Assembly (NCBI GenBank): GCA_963663035.1
Contig: OY760074.1
Location: 736,001-800,000, forward strand
Direction: 5' to 3'
Origin: Acidobacteriota bacterium
GTDB taxonomy: Bacteria > Acidobacteriota > UBA6911 > RPQK01 > JADFOI01
Length of the DNA stretch: 64,000 nt
Shown here: positions 58,537-64,000 of the stretch, one piece after another
How the letters are laid out: each line of letters starts with the position of its first letter
Position numbering within the stretch: the first letter of the stretch is position 1
Made by a program: the position numbers and the translations under genes
The notes under the pieces: model-generated
Seen by the model: the letters and a program-made list of their open reading frames with translations, nothing else
Told to the model about the DNA's origin: nothing
The model's database searches: none

Positions 58537-58925
58537 CCGGGATTTCCCGAGAGGGTCCAGGCAGCCCAACTGAGACAGCCCCACCCGGCCAACAGGGCAA
58601 GCCCGCCCAGCGGAGTGACGGCTCCCCACCAGCGAACACCGCTCAAACTCAGCACGTACAATGTTCCAGAGAAAATCGCTGTCCCGCCAATCAGGAACCA
58701 ACCTGCCATGTTCACAACCAGAGAAGGGGAGCGACCGGCCAGCCAGCCCACAGCCAGCAGGGCCAGAGCGTGCACCATGTGATAGCGGACTGCTGTTTCA
58801 AAAATACTCAGCATCTCCGGTGAGAGCTTCTCCCGCAGGCCATGCGTGCCAAAGGCTCCAGCGGCTACGGCCAGAAAACCCAAAACAGCGCCCGACCCCA
58901 GAAAAATCCGTTCCATAGTGGACAA
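58533..58925 (-). CDS. DUF423 (YgdD/TMEM256) membrane protein
   Basis: GAFGTHGL, YHMVHAL, FSGTLY, TPLGG. Confidence 0.92.
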   Translation of the reverse strand: MSTMERIFLGSGAVLGFLAVAAGAFGTHGLREKLSPEMLSIFETAVRYHMVHALALLAVGWLAGRSPSLVVNMAGWFLIGGTAIFSGTLYVLSLSGVRWWGAVTPLGGLALLAGWGCLSWAAWTLSGNPG

Positions 58926-58949
58926 TGTTAGGAGGGGGGTCTGACCCTC

Positions 58950-58989
58950 ATGAAACTAGGGGACAGTCTACTCTGTCCCCTAGTTTCAT
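58950..58989. repeat. Perfect 17-bp inverted repeat in a divergent intergenic region
   Basis: ATGAAACTAGGGGACAG-TCTACT-CTGTCCCCTAGTTTCAT. Confidence 0.85.
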
Positions 58990-59068
58990 TCTGGTTTGCT
59001 AAAATTTCCACTGGAATTCAGATCAAACATTTGATCAACTGAACCAGACGACAGCAGAGGAGAAAAGC

Positions 59069-60598
59069 ATGCACTGGAAAATGCGAATAGGGAAACTTCG
59101 GTTGGCGGCTGCGTTAATTTTCATCTGGGTTACAGTCGCTATGACTCCATCGGTGAGCGCTCAGAGCCTGGCCGACTTCGAAAAGAAAGTCACCGAGTTG
59201 ACCTTGAAGAACGGACTCAAATTCCTGATCCTGGAGCGGCACGAAGCTCCGGTAGTCTCCTTCCATACTTATGCGGATGTCGGTTCCGTCGACGAGGTCA
59301 AGGGAATCACCGGCATGGCACATGTGTTTGAACACATGGCCTTCAAGGGCTCCAAAACAATTGGAACTACGGATTACCAGAGCGAAGCCAGGGTTCTGGC
59401 GGAGCTTGACGATCTCTTTCTGGCCCTGAAGAAGGAGCGCGCTAAGCAAGAGGGAGCCGACCAGGAGCATCTGGCAGAGTTGCAACAACGCTTCGAGGAG
59501 GCTCAAGCGGAGGCCTCACAGTATCTGGTGCACGATGAGTTTGAAGAGGCCTTCATCCGGGCAGGTAGCGTGGGTCTCAACGCCAGTACTTCCAACGATG
59601 CCACTCGGTATGTCGTCAATCTTCCTTCCAACAAAGTGGAGCTGTGGATGGCTCTGGAGTCGAATCGCTTTCTGAACCCGGTGCTCCGTGAGTTTTACAA
59701 AGAAAAAGAGGTCGTCAAGGAGGAGCGGCGAATGCGAACAGACAGCAGTCCTCGCGGTCGCCTGATTGAGGATTTTCTGGCAGCTGCTTACAAGGCGCAT
59801 CCTTACGGCGAACCCATAGTGGGGCACATGAGTGATATTGAAACCATGACCCGTGCAGAATCTGAAGCGTTCTTCCGAAAATTCTACGCACCCAGTAATC
59901 TCACAATTGCCATCGTGGGAGATGTCAATCCCGTGCAGATCCAGAGCTGGGCCGAAACCTATTTCGGGCGGATTCCAAGTGGTCCAAAGCCAGACCCGGT
60001 GGAGACAGTGGAGCCACCTCAATCGGGACCGCGCACCGTGATGGTGGAGGATCCGTCGCAACCTTCACTCTACATGGGTTATCACAAGCCCGACATCAAC
60101 CATGCAGACAACGCGGTGTTTGATGCCATGACCGATATTTTGGGCAGGGGAAGAACTTCCCGTCTCTATAAGAGCATGGTGAAAGAAAAGCAAATCGCCG
60201 TCAGTGCCTCGGCCTTTCACGGTTTTCCAGGAAACAAGTACCCGGGCCTCTTTGTCTTTTTCGCCACACCGGCCAGAGGGCATACCAATAAAGAGTGTGA
60301 GGAGGGAATCTACGCCGAGATTGAAAGGTTAAAGACAGAGCTTGTGTCTCCTGAGGACCTGGAGAAGGCCAGAACGCGGAGCCGGGCAGATCTGGTTCGG
60401 GCACTTTCCTCCAACCGCGGACTCGCTCGACAGCTGACCTCTTACGAGGTCATTACCGGAGATTGGCGAAATCTTTTCAAGGAGCTGGATCAAATCGATC
60501 GAGTCACCGCTCAGGACATCCAGCGGGTCGCCCGGGAATACTTTACATCCAAGAATCGTACAATAGGTGTGATCGAAACGACACAGCCTGAGGGCTGA
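59069..60598 (+). CDS. M16B metallopeptidase, catalytic subunit
   Basis: GMAHVFEHMAFKG (HxxEH), NAST, EERR. Confidence 0.93.
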   Translation: MHWKMRIGKLRLAAALIFIWVTVAMTPSVSAQSLADFEKKVTELTLKNGLKFLILERHEAPVVSFHTYADVGSVDEVKGITGMAHVFEHMAFKGSKTIGTTDYQSEARVLAELDDLFLALKKERAKQEGADQEHLAELQQRFEEAQAEASQYLVHDEFEEAFIRAGSVGLNASTSNDATRYVVNLPSNKVELWMALESNRFLNPVLREFYKEKEVVKEERRMRTDSSPRGRLIEDFLAAAYKAHPYGEPIVGHMSDIETMTRAESEAFFRKFYAPSNLTIAIVGDVNPVQIQSWAETYFGRIPSGPKPDPVETVEPPQSGPRTVMVEDPSQPSLYMGYHKPDINHADNAVFDAMTDILGRGRTSRLYKSMVKEKQIAVSASAFHGFPGNKYPGLFVFFATPARGHTNKECEEGIYAEIERLKTELVSPEDLEKARTRSRADLVRALSSNRGLARQLTSYEVITGDWRNLFKELDQIDRVTAQDIQRVAREYFTSKNRTIGVIETTQPEG

Positions 60599-62055
60599 TG
60601 GGGGAGGAGAAGAAGATGAGAGAAAGGCGGGTCGCTTTCAGGAAGTTTGCCATGGGCTTGATGCTTTCCCTCTTTGTTTCCGGGTCGGCCCTTGCCCAGA
60701 AGAATTATCAGGATCTCACTTATCCAAAGCTCAGCGATATCCATGTCCCCGAGGTGGAGCAGGTCACACTGAGCAATGGAATGAAGTTGTTTGTGTTGGA
60801 GGATCACGAGCTCCCTATGATCAGTTTGTCTGCCCGCATCAGAGCAGGCTCCATCCATGAACCACCCGAGAAGGTTGGTTTGGCGTCCATGGTTGGAACC
60901 GTCATGCGTACGGGCGGGACGACCAGCAAAACAGGTGAGGAAATCGATGAGGAACTGGAAGGCATTGCGGCTTCGGTGGAAACCCGTATTGGGTTGAACT
61001 CAGGATCTGCCTCCATGTCAGTGTTGACCAAGGATTTGGAGACAGGTTTGTCGATTCTGGCCGATATCCTGATGAACCCGGCCTTCCCGGAGGAGATGAT
61101 CCAGTTGAGCAAAGTCCGGCGGCGCACCAGCATTTCGCGCCGCAACGACAGCGTTGGCAGCATTGCTTCCCGAGAGTTCGTCAAGCTGATCTACGGTCCA
61201 GACAGCGTCTATGCTCGAACCTCAGAGTACGCCACCATCGACAGCATCACACGCGAGGACTTGATCTCCTTTCATGGCAAGTTCTTTTATCCCAATAATA
61301 TGATGCTGGCCGTGTGGGGCGATTTTCACACTCCGGAGATGATCAGGAAAATCGAAGAGGCCTTTCGAGGCTGGGAAAAGCGCGAGGTCCCAGCCTCTGT
61401 AATGCCCGAGGTGAATTACGAGTTTCGTCAGACAGTCAATTTCGTCCAGAAGGACGATGTCAATCAGACCAACATCTACATGGGGCACATCGGAGGCCTC
61501 GTGAGTGATCCCGACTACTTTGCCCTGGTCTTGATGAACCGAATTCTCGGTTCGGGATTTACCAGTCGCCTTTTCAAGGAAGTGAGATCGCGCCAGGGCC
61601 TGGCCTATTCGGTTTTTGGCTCTTATTCAGCCAATTTCGACTATGAGGGAATCTTCTACATCGGCTGCCAGACCAAATCGGAGACAACCGTTCAAGCCAT
61701 TCGAGCCCTGAGGACTGAAGTGGAAAAGCTTACCCAAAGCGAGGTGACCGACGAAGAGCTGGAGCTTGCCCGGCAGAGCTATCTGAACGCGTTTGTCTTT
61801 AACTTCGATTCAAGGAGTGAGATCGTCAATCGCTTGATGACCTACGCCTACCATGGATATCCCCTGGATTTTCTGCAGACGGCCAAAGAGAAGATAGAGA
61901 GGGTAACCAAGAGCGATATTTTGCGAGTGGCTGCTAAGCATCTGCACCCCGACAAGATGCAGATCGTGGCAGTGGGCCGATCTCAAGACTTTGACGAACC
62001 CCTTTCCGCCTTAGGGCCAATGAGAGAGCTTGACATCACTATTCCGGGACAGTAG
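60598..62055 (+). CDS. M16B peptidase, non-catalytic partner subunit
   Basis: LSNGMKLFVLEDHELP, lacks HxxEH, has SRLFKEVRSRQGLAY. Confidence 0.9.
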   Translation: MGEEKKMRERRVAFRKFAMGLMLSLFVSGSALAQKNYQDLTYPKLSDIHVPEVEQVTLSNGMKLFVLEDHELPMISLSARIRAGSIHEPPEKVGLASMVGTVMRTGGTTSKTGEEIDEELEGIAASVETRIGLNSGSASMSVLTKDLETGLSILADILMNPAFPEEMIQLSKVRRRTSISRRNDSVGSIASREFVKLIYGPDSVYARTSEYATIDSITREDLISFHGKFFYPNNMMLAVWGDFHTPEMIRKIEEAFRGWEKREVPASVMPEVNYEFRQTVNFVQKDDVNQTNIYMGHIGGLVSDPDYFALVLMNRILGSGFTSRLFKEVRSRQGLAYSVFGSYSANFDYEGIFYIGCQTKSETTVQAIRALRTEVEKLTQSEVTDEELELARQSYLNAFVFNFDSRSEIVNRLMTYAYHGYPLDFLQTAKEKIERVTKSDILRVAAKHLHPDKMQIVAVGRSQDFDEPLSALGPMRELDITIPGQ

Positions 62056-62104
62056 TGCGGCATTTCGTGCCTGTTGTCCTCTCTCTGGCCAGGCGTTCTG
62101 AGCG

Positions 62105-63592
62105 ATGAGTCTCTCTACCAGTATTCACGATATCAAAACCCTGGTCCTCTCCTTTCACGGGATCGTTGCCATGGAAACGGTGGAAGAAGACCGTGTCTAC
62201 TCGCTGCTGCAGGCAACTGCGCTGGAGCTTCGAATGCCTTTTTTTGAGTGGTCTATCACTCGTGGGTTGGTGCGGGTGCCGGGGACAGCCAGCATGTATG
62301 GTACCAGCGAGCCCATGAATCTCATGTCGAGTCTTCACCAAATGGATACTCAGGCCATTTTCCTTCTCAAGGATTTCGCAAGATTTACCAGCGACCATAC
62401 CGTGGCCCGCCAGCTTCGAGAAGTGTCCCAGAGGTTTTCCAAGAACCGTTCCACGCTTGTACTGACAGGAGAAGCGGTCCATCTCCCGCCCGAAATCGAG
62501 CACAACGTTGTGTATTACCACATGGAACTTCCTGGAAGAGATGAGCTGCGAAGGGTTCTGGACACGGTGCTGCACTCGCTGGTCCAAGCCAATCGGATTA
62601 AGGTCCTGCTGGACGGCAAGGGTCGTGAGGAACTCGTTTCCGCCTTGAGTGGGATGACCTTGAACCAGGCCAGGCAAACCATTGCCTTTGCAGCTCTCAA
62701 GGACGGCAAGTTTTCCAAGGAAGCGATCAAAGATGTTCTGGAGCGCAAAGCTCAGGCGATCCGGGAGAGCGGCCTCCTGGAGTATTTTCCAGTGGAGGAT
62801 AACCGCTTCCAGCTGGGAGGTTTCGACCGGCTCAAAAAATGGCTTCTGAGAGCACAGACTGGGTTTAGCCGTGAAGCTCAGGCACTCAACTTGCCAGCTC
62901 CGCGGGGGATTTTGCTTGTAGGCGTGCAAGGTTGTGGTAAGTCTCTTGCGGCCAAGGTGATCGCCCGTCAGTGGAGAGTCCCGCTTGTGAAACTGGATGT
63001 GGGAAGACTTTTCGAGAAATATATTGGAGAGTCGGAAAGGAACTTTCGCAAAGCGATTGCCCTGGCCGAGTCGATGGCCCCGGTGGTTTTCTGGATCGAT
63101 GAGATAGAAAAGGCCATGACACCGGGTGGAAGCGAGGCGGATGGAGGCTTGGGTCGCCGTATATTCGGCAGTTTCCTCACCTGGCTTCAGGAGAAGCAGA
63201 AAACGGTATTTGTCGTGGCCACGGCCAACGATCTATCGATTCTGCCTCCCGAGCTTCTCAGGAAAGGGCGCTTCGATGAAATTTTCTTTGTGGATCTCCC
63301 GACGGCTGAAGAACGTGAGGCCATAGTGAGAATCCACCTGAAGCTTCGAAGACAAGACCCGCAGCAATTCGATTTAAATCGACTGGTTGAAGCTTCGGAG
63401 GGGTTCAGCGGTGCGGAGATCGAGCAGGTGATGATTGCGGCACTTTATCGTGGGCTCCATTTGAAGCAGCCTCTGGATACAGAGCTGCTGCTGAAAGAAA
63501 TCGGTGAGACGGTTCCTCTCTCCATTTCCCGGCGTGAGGATCTGCAAAGACTCCGCGAGACGGCGCGGGGCCGTTTTGTCAGCGTGAACTGA
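62105..63592 (+). CDS. Ycf46-like AAA+ ATPase
   Basis: [19 protein letters not shown]...[20 protein letters not shown]; N-terminal IFLLKDF domain. Confidence 0.9.
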   Translation: MSLSTSIHDIKTLVLSFHGIVAMETVEEDRVYSLLQATALELRMPFFEWSITRGLVRVPGTASMYGTSEPMNLMSSLHQMDTQAIFLLKDFARFTSDHTVARQLREVSQRFSKNRSTLVLTGEAVHLPPEIEHNVVYYHMELPGRDELRRVLDTVLHSLVQANRIKVLLDGKGREELVSALSGMTLNQARQTIAFAALKDGKFSKEAIKDVLERKAQAIRESGLLEYFPVEDNRFQLGGFDRLKKWLLRAQTGFSREAQALNLPAPRGILLVGVQGCGKSLAAKVIARQWRVPLVKLDVGRLFEKYIGESERNFRKAIALAESMAPVVFWIDEIEKAMTPGGSEADGGLGRRIFGSFLTWLQEKQKTVFVVATANDLSILPPELLRKGRFDEIFFVDLPTAEEREAIVRIHLKLRRQDPQQFDLNRLVEASEGFSGAEIEQVMIAALYRGLHLKQPLDTELLLKEIGETVPLSISRREDLQRLRETARGRFVSVN

Positions 63593-63672
63593 AATGTGGG
63601 GCTGTCCCCGAATGCACCCTTGTGATAGTGTGAAGGCAGTTTTAGGTAATCTTACACAAAAGGAGTTGATGG

Positions 63673-64000
63673 ATGCCCATTGACAAAGATGTTATTGACC
63701 TCTCAAAAATCCAATTACCCAACCTTTCTCCGAAGATCATCTTCACCGCCATAGCGGTCCTGGTAGGAGTAGTCGTGCTTCTGGACAGCTTTTACCAGGT
63801 TCAGCCGGAAGAGGTGGGCGTGATCAGGCGTTTTGGTCAATACATAGAGCCGCCCACCGGGCCGGGTCTGCACATAAAGGTGCCCTTTGTGGACCGCGTC
63901 GTTAAAGTGCCGGTGCAGAGGCAGCTCAAACAGGAGTTCGGCTTTCAGACGGTAACACCTGGAATCCGAACTATTTATTCCCCTCAGGACTTTGAGGGAG
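63673..64000 (+). CDS. hflK: FtsH modulator HflK (SPFH domain), 3'-truncated by the window
   Basis: Translated by hand: MPIDKDVIDL...FYQVQPEEVGVIRRFGQY...PGLHIKVPFVDRVVKVPVQRQLKQEFGF; AGGAG RBS. Confidence 0.85.
   Translation, partial: MPIDKDVIDLSKIQLPNLSPKIIFTAIAVLVGVVVLLDSFYQVQPEEVGVIRRFGQYIEPPTGPGLHIKVPFVDRVVKVPVQRQLKQEFGFQTVTPGIRTIYSPQDFEG

Noticed and set aside
1-64000. CRISPR array, rRNA, riboswitch, prophage or recognisable defence system
   Set aside because: No regularly spaced repeat-spacer array, cas, phage structural or known defence genes were recognised. A covariance-model search would be needed to exclude small RNAs.

Overview
A 64-kb bacterial chromosomal segment, probably Acidobacteriota (inferred from gene content such as the DUF1552/DUF1592-ankyrin operon and an Acidobacteria-type Ser/Thr-kinase remnant). 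Housekeeping genes (rel, rpmB, recA, cyclophilin, larE, mutM, panBC, sppA, an M16 peptidase pair, hflK) are mixed with accessory DNA. There are three tRNA genes (Gln-TTG, Leu-TAG, Pro-TGG). Two near-identical IS3-family copies are present: one splits a membrane-protein gene, the other marks a deletion junction at a decayed tRNA-Leu island. An integrase-less island of about 11.4 kb sits at tRNA-Pro and carries an uncharacterised heme/PQQ gene cluster. The most striking observation is two identical IS481-like elements, each inserted independently, in the same orientation, exactly 9 bp downstream of the tRNA-Pro CCA end (at the intact tRNA and at its attR duplicate). This points to fixed-distance tRNA-end targeting. 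Also seen: a modular MITE-like repeat family with co-varying terminal inverted repeats, and several sigma-54/IHF promoter architectures. No CRISPR array or rRNA was seen. All calls come from reading the sequence; no database searches were run.
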